A stretch of DNA of 64,000 bases from Octopus bimaculoides (taxonomy: Eukaryota): the NCBI RefSeq assembly GCF_001194135.2, contig NC_068988.1, positions 56,591,429 through 56,655,428 on the forward strand. The letters are read 5' to 3'. Below, in pieces: positions 44,931 through 57,733 of this stretch (positions are counted from its first letter, which is position 1; each line of letters begins with the position of its first letter). The notes below the pieces were generated by a model that ran no database searches, had not been told where the DNA came from, and saw only the letters and a program-made list of their open reading frames with translations. A program made the position numbers and the translations under genes.

Positions 44931-45569
44931 CTAATTGTTGTTGTTGTCATGGTTGTTGTTGTTGTTATTATTGTATCAATTCTGAATGAGTCATAAATTT
45001 AGAATGTATTTTAAAAACAAAGGGTATTTATATATTTTGGAAAAAAAAATTGTATTTATATCTTTAGATATATGACTTATTTAAATGACAGTAAAATGAT
45101 TAAATATTTAAACATTTAAACATAGTTATCAATAGGAAACAATGACCTTTATGAGTTTTCAACTACATTTTCAATGTTTTGATATATTTGAGATGTAAAC
45201 AAACAAAACCTCATTTCATTTTCAATTCAAAAAATTTCTCTCTCTCTCTCTTCTTTTCATATTTAATATTAAGAGCAGGCAGAGTCATAGACACATCAGA
45301 GTTCAGTTTGTGGCTATGTGGTTTTGTGTTCTATTTCATTGCTTGGCACTTTGGCCAAATATGTCTTCTACTATGATATTAGGCCAACCAATGCGTTGCA
45401 AATGAAATTTGTGGAAGGAATTGGAAGCAACACATTATATAATTTTTTTTACATATACATACATGCATATCATCATCATCATTAGCATATATCATCATCA
45501 TTAGCCTCACCAGCAGCAACATTTAACATCTGACTTGTATGCTAAGATATATATATACACACACATGTT

Positions 45570-45975
45570 GAGTGACTGTGTGGTAAGTAGCTTGCTTACC
45601 AACTACATGGTTCCGGGTTCAGTCCCACTGTGTGGCACCTTGGGCAAGTGTCTTCTACTATAGCCTCGGGCCGACTAAAGCCTTGTGAGTGGATTTGGTA
45701 GACGGAAACTGAAAGAAGCCCGTCGTATATATGTATTTATATATATATATATGTATGTGTGTTTGTGTGTCCGTGTTTGTCCCTCACCATCGCTTGACAA
45801 CCGATGCTGGTGTGTTTATGTCACTATAACTTAGCGGTTCAGCAAAAAAAAAAGACCGATAGAATAAGTATTAGGCTTACAAAAAATAAGTCATGGGGTC
45901 GATTTTCTCGACTAAAGGCAGTGCTCCAGCATGGCCGCAGTCAAATGACTGAAACAAGTAAAAGAGTAAAAGAGA
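45570..45975 (+). mobile_element. SINE family A copy (sense)
   Basis: Reverse complement of the 44585 and 61692 copies; aaagagtaaaag tail. Confidence 0.88.
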
Positions 45976-46080
45976 GTACCCCATAAAACATTGTTTTCTG
46001 TTTATTCTAACTTGTAAAGGTTTATATTTCTTATTAATTGACATTCTTATGTTTCAGTTTCTATATGTGACTGTTTAATC

Positions 46081-46275
46081 ATGCAATGTACAAAAGAAGC
46101 CTTGGAACTGTCTGAATTTCAAAGAGGCTATATTGTGGGTCATTCTGAAGGTGGATATAGTCAGTGTAAAATCACAGAAAACCTTGGGATCCTGCTTTCT
46201 ACAGTTAATAGAGTGATTGTGCTATTCACCAGAGAGGGGAAGGAGTCCACATCATCTTGTCCAGATCAACCAGTT
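46081..46275 (+). mobile_element. Tc1-like transposase N-terminal HTH fragment
   Basis: [12 protein letters not shown]...[22 protein letters not shown] resembles the Tc1 paired-like DNA-binding start; truncated by a microsatellite. Confidence 0.7.
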
Positions 46276-47095
46276 GGATGTGTGTGTATGTGCGTGTGTG
46301 TGTGTGTGTGCATGCATACATGCATGTGTGTATGCATGTATGTATATGGTGCCTTGCAGTTCTCAAGATGACCTGTCTACCACAGCAGATACTGGTGCTA
46401 GTACCACATAAAAAAAGCTCCCAGTACATTCTGTAAAGTGGTTGGTGTTAGGAAAGGAATCCTGTTGTAGAAACCATGCCAGAGCAGACAATGGAGCCTG
46501 GTGTGACTGCCAGCCTAACCAATTCCTGTCAAACTATCCATATATATATATATATATATATATGTATATGTATTGTTTTATATATATATATATAAAATAA
46601 GAGAGAGATTGCTATAATGTAGCTCTTATTGTTAGCAAGAGGTAGATCACTCATGTTTTAGAATCTTTNNNNNNNNNNNNNNNNNNNNNNNNNNNNNNNN
46701 NNNNNNNNNNNNNNNNNNNNNNNNNNNNNNNNNNNNNNNNNNNNNNNNNNNNNNNNNNNNNNNNNNNNNNNNNNNNNNNNNNNNNNNNNNNNNNNNNNNN
46801 NNNNNNNNNNNNNNNNNNNNNNNNNNNNNNNNNNNNNNNNNNNNNNNNNNNNNNNNNNNNNNNNNNNNNNNNNNNNNNNNNNNNNNNNNNNNNNNNNNNN
46901 NNNNNNNNNNNNNNNNNNNNNNNNNNNNNNNNNNNNNNNNNNNNNNNNNNNNNNNNNNNNNNNNNNNNNNNNNNNNNNNCCTAATTGCAGAAAAAAAAAT
47001 ATTTCAGATTCAACTGAAGCTGAGGACTGGTACAGATTTGTACAGAGTAACAGTTGATGTCAGTTTATGAAGAGTGACAACTGAGCTAGGTTTAT

Positions 47096-47835
47096 CATCA
47101 TCATCATCATCATCATCGTTTAACGTCCGCTTTCCATGCTAGCATGGGTTGGACGATTTGACTGCACCAGGCTCCAATCTGATCTGGCAGAGTTTCTACA
47201 GCTGGACGCCCTTCCTAACGCCAACCACTCCGAGAGTGTAGTGGGTGCTTTTACATGCCACTGGCATGAGGGCCAGTCACACAGTACTGGCAACGGGCAT
47301 GCTCAAAAAGGTGTTTTTTACGTGACAACTGCACGGGAGCCAGTCCAGCAGCACTGGCAACGACCTCGCTCGAATGATTTTCTAACATGCCACCAGCACA
47401 AGTGCTAGAAGGTGACGCTGGTAACGATTACGCTCAAATGGTGCTATTTACGAGCCACTAGCACGGAAGCCAGACAGCTGCTCTGGCAATGAACACACTC
47501 GGACGATGCTGTTAGTGCTCCACTGGCACAGGTGCCAGTCATTGAATATGGTTTAATTACGATTTTGATTTCACTTGCCCCAACAGGTCTTCGCAAGAAG
47601 AGTTTAGTGTCCAATGAAGGAGAGGTTAGCATGGGTGCCAGTCATCGAATTCGGTTTGATTTCGATTTCAGATTTCAAATTCACTTGCCTGAACAGGTCT
47701 TCGCAAGCAGAGTTTTTAGTGTCCAATGAAGTAAAGATACGAATAAGTGAGCTGGTTACACTTCTGGCAGAGGTCACAGATTATGCTCTCACTTGGCTTG
47801 CCAGGTCTTCTCACGTACTGCATATTTCCAAAGGA
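47096..47835 (-). mobile_element. Family B retroposon (long copy)
   Basis: (CAT)n tail at left; internal subrepeats. Confidence 0.85.
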
Positions 47836-48350
47836 ATAATAGTTGAACCAGATTGAATATGGAGCTAGAACTGAGGTAGATTTGCATGGAGTAAAAGTTA
47901 AACTAGGTTTATATGAAATAACAGCTGAGGTGACTTTATATGGAATAGTAGCTGAACCAGGCTGTATATAGAATAACAGTTGAGACTGATTGAGCTTGTG
48001 TTGAGCTTGGGTTTATATAGAATAACAGTTGGGCTAGATTTATGTGGAGTAACAGTTGAGCTAGGGTTTATATGGAGTAACAGTTGAGCTAGGTTTATAT
48101 GGAGTAACAATTGAGCTAGGGTTTATATGGAATAACAATTGAACTAGGTTTATATGGAATAATAGTTGAGCTAGATTTATATGGAGTAATAGTTCAGCTA
48201 GGTTTATAATAGTAACAGTTGAGCTAGGTTTATATGGAGTAACAATGAGCTAGGCTAACATGGAATAATAGCTCAGCTAGATTTATAATAGTAATAGTTC
48301 AGCTAGGTTTATATGGAATAATAGTCAAGTTAGGTTTATGAAGTAGCAGT
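47836..48350. repeat. 27-bp minisatellite, consensus GAGCTAGGTTTATATGGAGTAACAGTT
   Basis: More than 15 diverged tandem units; further units at 47045-47095. Confidence 0.9.
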
Positions 48351-48499
48351 TGAAGTATATTTGTATTAAGTAACAAAAACATTTCAAGAACAAATAAGAT
48401 GACATTGTTCTTGATGAATTATGTCTTAAAAAAAAAGACAAGAGAAGAGAGATATAGCTTTATAATAAGTCTACTCAAAGGAGGCTGTTGCAGGGCTAA

Positions 48500-49428
48500 G
48501 TGACAACATTTGATGACAACAACGACAACAGCAGTAGCAACAAAAACTACAGCAGAAACACAACTGCAACAGCAAGAAGAAGAAGATGCAGGAGGAGGAG
48601 GAGGCGGGGGAGAAGGAGGTGGCGGGGGAAAAGGAGGAGAGGAGAAGGAGGAGGAGGAGGAGAAGAAGAACAAGAACAAGAACAACAACAACAACAACAA
48701 CAGCAGCAAAAACTACAGCAGAAACCACCTCAACAGCAACAACATGAAGAAGAAGAAGAAGAAGAAGAAGAAGAAGAAGAAGAAGAAGAAGAAGATAAAG
48801 AAGAAGAAGAAGATGAAGAAAAAGAAGAAGAAGAAGAAGAAGAAGAAGAAGAAGCAGGGGAAGGAGGAGGAGAAAAAGAATAACAACAACAACAACAGCA
48901 GCAGCTGCAACAAGAAGAAAAGAAACAACAACAGCAACAACAGAAACAGCAGCAACAACAACAACCCTAATAACAACAACAACAACAGCAACAACATCAG
49001 TAGCAGCAGCAACAACACTCTGCCCTACTAAATTAGGGATAAGCATTGTTATGTAATGTAGTAGTAGTAGCCACTTCTAAAGAGACATAATGATCACACT
49101 TGATGTCTGCTTTCCTGTGGAGTGACCTAGGGCTAAGCAACAACAACAACAACAACAACAGCTGATGACCATCCCATTATCACTGAAGAAAAAAACCTGT
49201 AGTGATTATTGAGTTGCAAGTAATTAACTAATGGATAAAACGACGACAATGAACTCGTTTAAGCTGTTACACGTGATGACACCGGGGATGTCAGAAAGGA
49301 TGATAGTGATGATGATGATGATGAACATGACAACAACAATGACAATGACAGTAGTGGTGGTGATAGTAGTAGTAGTAGTAGTAGTAGTAGTACTAGTAGT
49401 AATAGTAGTAGTGGAGGTGGTGGTGGTG

Positions 49429-49462
<34 letters not shown>

Positions 49463-49800
49463 AGGTAGTGGTAGTGGTAGTGGTGGTAGCAGCAAAGGTA
49501 GGGATGGTGGTGACAGTGGCAGCAGTGGTGGTGGTGTCGGGTGTGATTGTGGTTGTGATAACGATGATGATGCTGGTAGTATTGATAATTTTGATTTTTC
49601 TTTAATAAAGAGGATAGTAAAAAAAAACTGATGATGATGATGATGATGATGATAACAATGATCTCATTCAGTTGTTAGATCATAACTTCCAATATTCCTC
49701 CTTTAACTCCTCACCATCATTATCATCATCACCACCTCAATAAGAAACACCATCTCTACTTCCACCACCATCATCATCCTCCTCCTCCTCCTCTGCTACA
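48500..49800. repeat. Compound trinucleotide block (CAA, GGA, GAA, GTA, GTG, GAT, CAT)
   Basis: Seen directly; explains the poly-E/K/Q/L/V ORFs. Confidence 0.95.
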
Positions 49801-49955
49801 GAATGAAAATTTTTCCTATTACTAACAAATCAAAGGTTTGAAAGGTCAATCTTTGGTATTGACATTTTCTAAATGTTTTTTTTTTCTTACTATATTTTGT
49901 ATTTTTTTTTTTGTTCTGCATTATTTTATTATATTCATTTATTTTTTTTTTTTAC

Positions 49956-50059
49956 CTCAGCATTCTCGTCACAGATACTCATCATGCTGTCACAGGTTTT
50001 TATCTGGTTTTTCAATTTTATCATTGTATCATGCCATTTAATTCTTTTATGCAACTTTG
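49956..50059 (-). CDS. Candidate internal exon of an unidentified minus-strand gene (AKLHKRIKWHDTMIKLKNQIKTCDSMMSICDENAE), phase 1 to 0
   Basis: T-tract, CTAAC branch point and ttctag acceptor; GAG|gtaaaa donor; only one frame is open; no homology recognised. Confidence 0.5.
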
Positions 50060-50479
50060 CTAGAAATATTGATGGAATCATCCAGTTAGAAAAAGAAAAA
50101 AAACTTTTCTGTATCTCGTGTACATCATGACTAAAAGAAATGACCTCAGGGCAAAAGATTAATGTTCAATAGCATGCAGTTAGATTAAAGACTTTTATAG
50201 CAAGCTAGATATATTTTCACATAGAAGCTTTCATGTCTTTATCAGTTGCTTGATTCTATCAGATATGTCTTTTTCCTACACTCAAGGTTAATAACAGATT
50301 GTTCAGTACCAGATGGCAGCCAGCGTTCTCAGTGCAACCATAAACTGCATCCAGTAGTGGAGCATTGGTTTAGAGTTCCAGGATTTTTTAACCATTGTCA
50401 TTCCCAGGCTTACTCTGATCCAGAGCAGTAAGCACCCATCAGGGGACCAGCAATGGGTTAATTTGCATATCATGGAATT

Positions 50480-50690
50480 ACTTCTAAAAAAAGGTTACCT
50501 TATTCAGTCATAGCCAGTTTCACGATTTCATGGCAAATAAATTCCCCACCTGGATGGGATGCCAGTCCATCACAGGATTACTGATTTTTGCCAGCTGAGT
50601 GTACTGGAGCAACATGAAATAAAGTGTCTTGCTCAGGAACACAACATGCCACCTGGTCCAGAAATTGAAACCGCAATCTTCGACTTCCAC
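50480..50690 (-). mobile_element. SINE family E copy
   Basis: Reverse complement of motifs in 40527-40760. Confidence 0.65.
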
Positions 50691-52011
50691 ATGGAATTAC
50701 CTCTGGAAGAAGATGACTCAAAGTTACCCCAAAGGAGCCAGGACAGATGAGGCTCTTCAGCTCTGTAGTTGCTCATCTAAGAAATGCTAACACCATATAA
50801 ATCCTGCACCCCTACTGGGCTTGTAGCACTTGTTGCACCAGACCAAGGACACATGTGGGGATTGTGAAGACAACAACAACAACAATGATAAAGTAATTTT
50901 AACAATATATCTTTTAGGTGTATCACTCTTCTTCTCAACATTGCAACAGATGATAACATGATAAATGACTACACACTCACACACACACACACACATGCAT
51001 GCACACACACATGTACACACACACGCATGCACATACACACACACACACTTGTGTACATAGCCATGCACATACACATATCATCATCATCATTATTTTATGT
51101 TCCCTTTCTATGCTGGATATAAAATGATGACCGGTGTTCCGCCAAGCCTGACCTTTCTTTCTTGGTTCGACTACCATCCATGTAGCATCTCTTATATTCC
51201 TTCCCATGACTTTCATCTCTTATGTCCCTGCTGTAAGGCTTCACTTCCACACTCGCCAGCTTAATTTAATTTGACCTTAGTCGAAAGACACCTGTTGTTA
51301 ATGTCCAGTTGTTTGTATTTGTAATTGTGTACCATTTCTCCGGTTTTTTTTTTTTTGTATCGTCAAACTGTCCCGATGTTTTCTTGTCGCCTGTTACGTT
51401 CTTGTTCCATTTTTTGTTTTCTTTTATATATATACTAGCAGCTAAGCCTTGTTTCACCTGGTCAGTTTGGATGATGTGGCTGTAAAACCTGCTCTGTGTA
51501 AGCATTCGACTTGTTTGGGCATGCTTACATTAAAAACAATTTTAGCATGACTTTTTTGTCAAAACACTAAAAATAACTGACCAACAAACAAAAAAAACCA
51601 ACCCAGATTCAGCCAAATTGAAAAATAAACCCAAATACTAAGTGAACAAAGATGAACCATCCCACTTCCATTGTGCATGCACACACACACACACACACCC
51701 TTTTTACATACATATATTCACACAAAGTTGAAATGCTGTTTGATTTATTTTTACAGCATACAGTTTTCATCATCCCACTACCAAGTATGACATCACTCCT
51801 TCCTTCCTTATTCATCTACCTCCCTTTCTTTCTCATTCCTAAACACAAGAGTATTGTTATAGTAGATTATCTCAGTAACCATGGCAGCTATGAAAAAAAT
51901 ACAAAGCCCAGCAACACCACCTGATCATTCTACGCATCTGTAATTTTTCATGCAATTCCACCCAGCCATTTGACCATGAATCCCAAGACAAGAAAGAATC
52001 GNNNNNNNNNN

Positions 52012-52052
<41 letters not shown>

Positions 52053-52554
52053 TACCATCATGGAAAACAGACATTAAAGGATGATAATGATACGTGTATA
52101 TGTGTAAAATTTTCATTTGATATATACATATATATGTGTGTATGCGTGTGTATGAATACACACACACATGCACAAATATTTAAGTAAATGCATATTTAAT
52201 TACCTAACTAACTATCTTTCACACATGCATGCATGTGCGTGTACAGACACACAAACACACACAGACCCCCCCCACACACACACACCATGCACACAACCTA
52301 AATTATTAACTGGCTAAAAGAAAGAGGTGACAAACATTAAAGGTAGATTAGCTGAAAAACAGATGTAAATTAAATAAAGCAGGTGTGAAAACAAGCTGCA
52401 ATCAATAATACCTGACAATCTAATGTCTAACCTAACATTGTTATTGTTACCGACTTCCATAAACTACATCAACATATTTCAATAATGCTTGCACAAATCA
52501 TTTGTTAATACTTTCACCTATCCATAGCTCTAAATGTTCTCTTTTATCATTCAT

Positions 52555-52970
52555 CATCATCATTATCATCATCGTTTAACGTCCGCTTTCCATGCTAGCA
52601 TGGGTTGGACGATTTGACTGAGGACTGGTGAAACCAGATGGCTACACAAGGCTCCAATCTGATTTGGCAGAGTTTCTACAGCTGGATGCCCTTCCTAATG
52701 CCAACCACTCTGAGAGTGTAGTGGGTGCTTTTACATGTCACCCGCACGAAGGCCAGTCAGGCGGTACTGGCAATGGCCACGCTCAAAATGGTGTATTTTA
52801 TGTGCCACCCGCACAAGAGCCAGTCCAGGGGCACTGGCAACAATCTCGCTTGAAAATCCTTACACATGTCACGGGCACAAGTGCCAGAAAGGCGACACTG
52901 GGCACAGGTGCTATCCCGATTTCGCTTTTGCTTGCCCCAATAAGTCTTCGCAAGCTGAGTTTCGTGTCCA
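52555..52970 (-). mobile_element. Family B retroposon
   Basis: Family signature. Confidence 0.85.
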
Positions 52971-53337
52971 ATCATTTAATGCATACTTTCCATGCTTGCA
53001 TGTGTCAGATGAAAGTTTTTGAGGCAGAGTTTACAATGGTCAGTTGTCCTTCATGTTGCCAAATTTTACCCCTTTCCAAATAAGTTTTTATTTTCCCATA
53101 GCTAAGGCTGTGAGGTACCAGAACTGTCAGCATACTGGGTGAAATGCTTAGCAACATTTCATCCATCTTTATGTTCTGAGTTCAAGTTCTGCCGGGATTA
53201 ACTTTACCTGTCATCCTTTCAGGGTTGATAAAATAAGTCCCATTTAAGCATTGGGTTGATGTAATTGACTTACCTCTTCACCCAGAATTTCTGGCCATGT
53301 GCCAAAATTTGAAACCAATATTTTCCCACAGCTAGAC

Positions 53338-54012
53338 ATCATCATCATCGTTTAATGTCCGCTTTCCATGCTAGCATGGGTTGGATGATTTGACTGAGGA
53401 CTGGTGGACCAGGTTGCTGCACCAGGCTCCAATCTGATCTAGCAGAGTTTCTACAGCTGGATGCTCTTCCTAATGCCAACCACTCCGAGAGTGTAGTGGG
53501 TGTTTTACGTGCCACTGGCACAAGGGCCAGTCAAGCGGTACTGGCAATGGCCACGCTCAACTGGTGTTTTTACGTGTCACCTGCACAGGAGCCAGTCCAG
53601 TGGCACTGGCAACGCCCTCGCTCGAATGTTGTTTTCCACGTACCACCGGCACAAGTGCCAGTAAGGCGGCACTGGTAATGATCATGCTCAAATGGTGCTT
53701 TTTACATGCCACCGGCATGGGGGCCAGTCAGTGGTTGGTGCTCTTAGCGCTCCACTAGCACAGATGCCAGTCATGCGGTGCTGTTATCAAATTTGATTTC
53801 GATTTCACTTGCCTCAACAGGTCTTCACAAGCAGAGTTTAGTGTCCAAGGAAAGAAAGGTATGCCTAAGTGGGCTGGTTACACCACTGACATAGACCACA
53901 GGTTATGGTCTCACTTTGCTTGCCGGGTCTTCTCAAGCACAGCATATTTCAAAAGGTCTCGGTCACTAGTCATTGCCTTGGTGAAGCCTAATGTTCAAAA
54001 GTCGTGCTTCCA
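53338..54012 (-). mobile_element. Family B retroposon (long copy)
   Basis: Family signature; extends into the same distal sequence as 47096-47835. Confidence 0.85.
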
Positions 54013-54019
54013 TCTACAT

Positions 54020-54615
54020 TAACAATATATAGAGATCTAGTGGTGGATAAGGGCAATGGCATTATTGGTGTGTGTGGGGAGGACTCTAAGAATCAATATA
54101 GACAAACTAGCTGTTGTGTTTTGGAGGATTTTTGGATCTGGAACTACCATGGATAACTTGTAGAAATTCTTGGCCTGGCAATGCTACTAAGGGACACTGT
54201 TGATTTCAGATAAACTCTTCAGATGGAAGCACTGCCAAGCAGGACTGTCTGAGATGCACACAGTGTAATGAAACAGTACAGCACATACTCATGCATTGTC
54301 TGAGAATTGATGACTCGTGGAGTTATGTGTTGCTGTATCTAGGATGAATCTAACTACTGACTGAGTCCATCATGAGGATTACCCTACCACCTACCTTCAG
54401 CAAGGAAGGACAGATCGTGTTCCTCTGTCAAGTGATAATGGGGAAAAAGGTGGTGTGGAGGACAAAACTGGAAGGATTGAGGAAAACTACGTTCCTCTTC
54501 ATTCATGTCATCAAGTTTTCTGAGTTCCACTTGGAAAAGAAAGTGAGGGTGGAGGGAAGTGCCCTCTCCTCCAATGTGTTTATCAAAAGGTGGGTGACTG
54601 TGACAAAAAAATGAT
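54020..54615 (+). mobile_element. Decayed L1/Tx1-clade LINE 3' end with zinc knuckle
   Basis: CLRCTQCNETVQHILMHC...W (CxxC...ETxxHxLxxC), followed by a VWRTK...RW tail typical of Tx1-like ORF2. Confidence 0.7.
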
Positions 54616-54779
54616 TTGGGTGAAGCCTGAACCTATAGATTGGAGAACAATAGTTGGGTGAGGGCTTGTGCCTTTGGTGGTCAGGATGACTCTGGTCCTG
54701 TAAGGTTCCTTGGTTGGCCCTAGCTGGAGGTTTTCCTGCATCAGAGATATGTTAGCATATTTTATATATTGTTTTTACT

Positions 54780-55150
54780 TTTTAGTTGTTTCAGACTGTG
54801 GCCATGCTGGGGCACCACCTTGAAGAATTTTTAGCTGAATGAAATGACCTCAGAATTTTATTTTTTTAAGACTGGTACTTATTCTATTGACTTCCTTTGC
54901 TGCACCAAGTTAGGCGGATGTAAACACACCAACACTGGTTGTCAAGCAGTGGTGGGGGACAAACACAAAGATACACATACATAGATATACACAATGGGCT
55001 TCTTTCATTTTTTGCCTACCAAATCCACTCACAAGGCTTTGGTCAGCCCAAGATTATAGTAGAAAACACTTGTCTAAGGTTCCACACAGTGGGACTGAAC
55101 TGGGAGCCAAGTGGTTGGGAAGCAAACTTTTTACCACACAGCCATGCCAA
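54780..55150 (-). mobile_element. SINE family A copy
   Basis: Family signature. Confidence 0.8.
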
Positions 55151-56069
55151 CATCTATGTATACTTTTATTGCATTTTACCCTACTGTCCCTTCCTTCCCT
55201 TTATCTTTTATGCAACATCCCACTACAAATTCTTAAAAGGCCTTTGTAATGTCTCCCTCAATTGATGCTGTGGAAAATAAAAGAAATTGTTAGCATGCTG
55301 GGAAAAATGCATTCTGAGTTCAAAATCCACCAGGGTTGACTTTGCCTTTCATCCTTTTTGGGTCAATGAAATAAGTACCATTTGAGCATTGAAATCGATG
55401 TAATTGACTGGCTCCTCACCCTAAATTTCAGGCCTTGTGCCTATAGCAGAAAAGATTATTATTAGGGCAGTGAGTGGCAGAATCATCAGCACATTGGAAA
55501 AAAATGCTAAGTGGCATTTCTTCAGGTTCTTTAAATTCCAAATTCAAATTCTGCTAAGGTTGACTTTGCCTTTCATGCTTTCAGGGTCGATAAAATAAAG
55601 TACTTATCAAGTATTGGAGCTGATGTAATCAACCCTTCCCCTCAAAACTGCTGGTCTTGTGCCTAAATTAAAAACAGTTATTAGTGCTGTGGATTGGCAG
55701 AACTGTTAGATCGTTGAAAGAAATGCTTCCCAGTATTTCAAATTTGTATTTTCATATATAACATAAACATGTTATTCTTTCAGAACATTGTCATTTCATA
55801 AGATTTTGCTGGCAAATTTTAAAATTAACACAGACATTTATTTACATGAAAGAAAATTACCGGAGAACTTTCATTTAACTCTTCAAAATCTTTCTGTTCA
55901 AACTGTATTGAAACCATTTATAAGAAATTTTTTTTTTTAGCACAGCAACAGATCGCACACCACGAGGTTTAACGGAGCCTACTGAAGCAAGCCAGCATGC
56001 TAGCAGCATTACCATGGGTGATGGTGGGGCTAAGGCGTTGGGAAAACCAAGCGCCCTCACGGATATTAC

Positions 56070-56403
56070 CTGGCACCTCGGTGAGGTGAGCTGCCAACGT
56101 TGATAAGAACTTCCCATTTAATGGCCCAGTCCCCACAAACGCCACAGGTTGGAAGAGATAGTTCACTTCAAGGTTTCTTCCGTTTGGTTCCAGAAGCAGT
56201 GACCCTCCCATTAACTGCAGCATCCAGGATATGCGAAGGAGCAAAGGGGTCGCAGACTGACAGTATTTGTTCTGGCTCTTTTGAGTTAACATTCTGTTAT
56301 GGTCGATGGCACTCCCACAATTTTCAAGCCTCGTGCTTATGTTTGAAATATTATCATCGGTGAAATGGCAGAAAAGTTGGCGTATCGGATAAATGCCTTG
56401 CAT
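56070..56403 (-). CDS. Candidate first coding exon of an unidentified minus-strand gene (MQGIYPIRQ...STLAAHLTEVP, 111 aa plus phase 1)
   Basis: Part of a 144-codon ORF in unique CpG-rich sequence; aataATG start; CAG|gtaata donor in phase 1, compatible with 49956-50059; no homology recognised. Confidence 0.35.
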
Positions 56404-57654
56404 TATTTATTCCGGCTTTTTCCGTTTTGACTTTCCCAATTTTAACTTTAACCTTTCGCCTGTTCAAAGCATTTTCCTGTTTCTTCTGTTTGTTTTCAGA
56501 CGTTTCATATTTTGAATAATATAAAGCTTTCCTTTCGCAAGTCCCAAGTTACTCTAGTGGTCGAGAAAGAAAAAAAAGAGAATGGGTATAACATATGATG
56601 CATGGACGCTAGGAAAATGTGTCCTGTGTATCACATGTGGTTCACAGGATTGGTGAATAGTGAACTCACCAGAGACGATAAGATAAAGTACCAGTCAAAT
56701 ATTGAGGATTGAGTTAATCGACTAATTTCTTGTATGTTTGTTAGAAACAATTATACACCACGTAGATTCTTAGTAGTCTTTAGAGCGTTGGAGACGGAGA
56801 TGTATTTACAACCCTATATGTTCTGGGTTCATTTTAGTCTCTCATCTTTCCAGGGTGGAATATGCTGTAATGTCCTAGATATTAATAAGTCTGAAAAAGG
56901 ATGTTTGTCTGAATGGGACAGCCTGAGTGGGACGCAAACACGTGCTTGGCTGCGTTTGCGGATAATTATTTATTGATTTAAACCTGGATAGTGGTGACCA
57001 AGTTAAAGAAATATAGTCATTATAGTACATTAGATTGTTTAAATGCCGCTGAGGTCGCCTTTGATTATCACCTTTTTGAGATTGATAAAATAAGTACTTA
57101 GTCGAGCACTGGAGTTGATGAAATCGACTACCTCCACCCCACAAAATTTCAGCCCTTGTGCCTAAGGTAGAAAAAAAAAATACATTAGACATTCTGAGTT
57201 CAGCTTAGCATTTTTCTTTAGAGAGCGGGATCGATTTTATGTCAGGTATTCTAGAGATGAATGGAATTACCATATTAGACGGAAAATAAAGATAATAGCT
57301 TGAACGAGCGTACAAATTACTTCTAGATAGTTTTTTGTTTTTCAGCCTGGGTAGTTTTATGACCAAGCGAAGGAAATACCGGCGTTATCGTATATACATT
57401 GGTAGAAGACATTAGAGCGTCGGCAGTGGGGATTACAGCCTTCTACGTTCTGAGTTTAACTTTTATCATTCCTGGAAGGGGTTGATTTAATATCAAAGCA
57501 TCTTAAATGTGGATATTATATTATAAGATGAAGATATTGGCCTGTACAGGACAGCTACAGAGGGACATAAACACGTGCCTCGTTGCGTGTACAATTTCAA
57601 TGCAACAGACAAGACTAGCAATGCTAACACTGTTAATACGTAGCGAAAATGGAG

Positions 57655-57720
57655 CGATCTGATTGGCTGAAACGTTCGAGTATCACTCGTTACCCACAAT
57701 TCCTTGCAGTTTCTCTCTCA
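57655..57720 (+). promoter_or_regulatory. Putative promoter: inverted CCAAT box (ATTGG 57662-57666) and pyrimidine-rich start region
   Basis: ctgATTGGctg about 70 bp upstream of ATG 57734, within CpG-retaining sequence. Confidence 0.5.
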
Positions 57721-57733
57721 GGCACACGACGTA

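Noticed and set aside
47836-48350. Regularly spaced repeat resembling a CRISPR array
   Set aside because: Head-to-tail units without unique spacers, eukaryotic context and no cas genes.
48419-49605. Poly-L/E/K/V ORFs of 78-191 aa
   Set aside because: Trinucleotide repeats lacking stops; no splice or codon evidence.
55940-56130. Partial resemblance to U1, U3 and 7SK motifs (attacctggca, ccacgagg, gtgagggcg)
   Set aside because: Only 8-11 nt matches, not in the correct order; no known snRNA can be built.
56071-56160. Minus-strand frame containing CGVCGDWA, like a nuclear-receptor zinc finger
   Set aside because: No following HYG or second CxxC, and the frame is bounded by stops.
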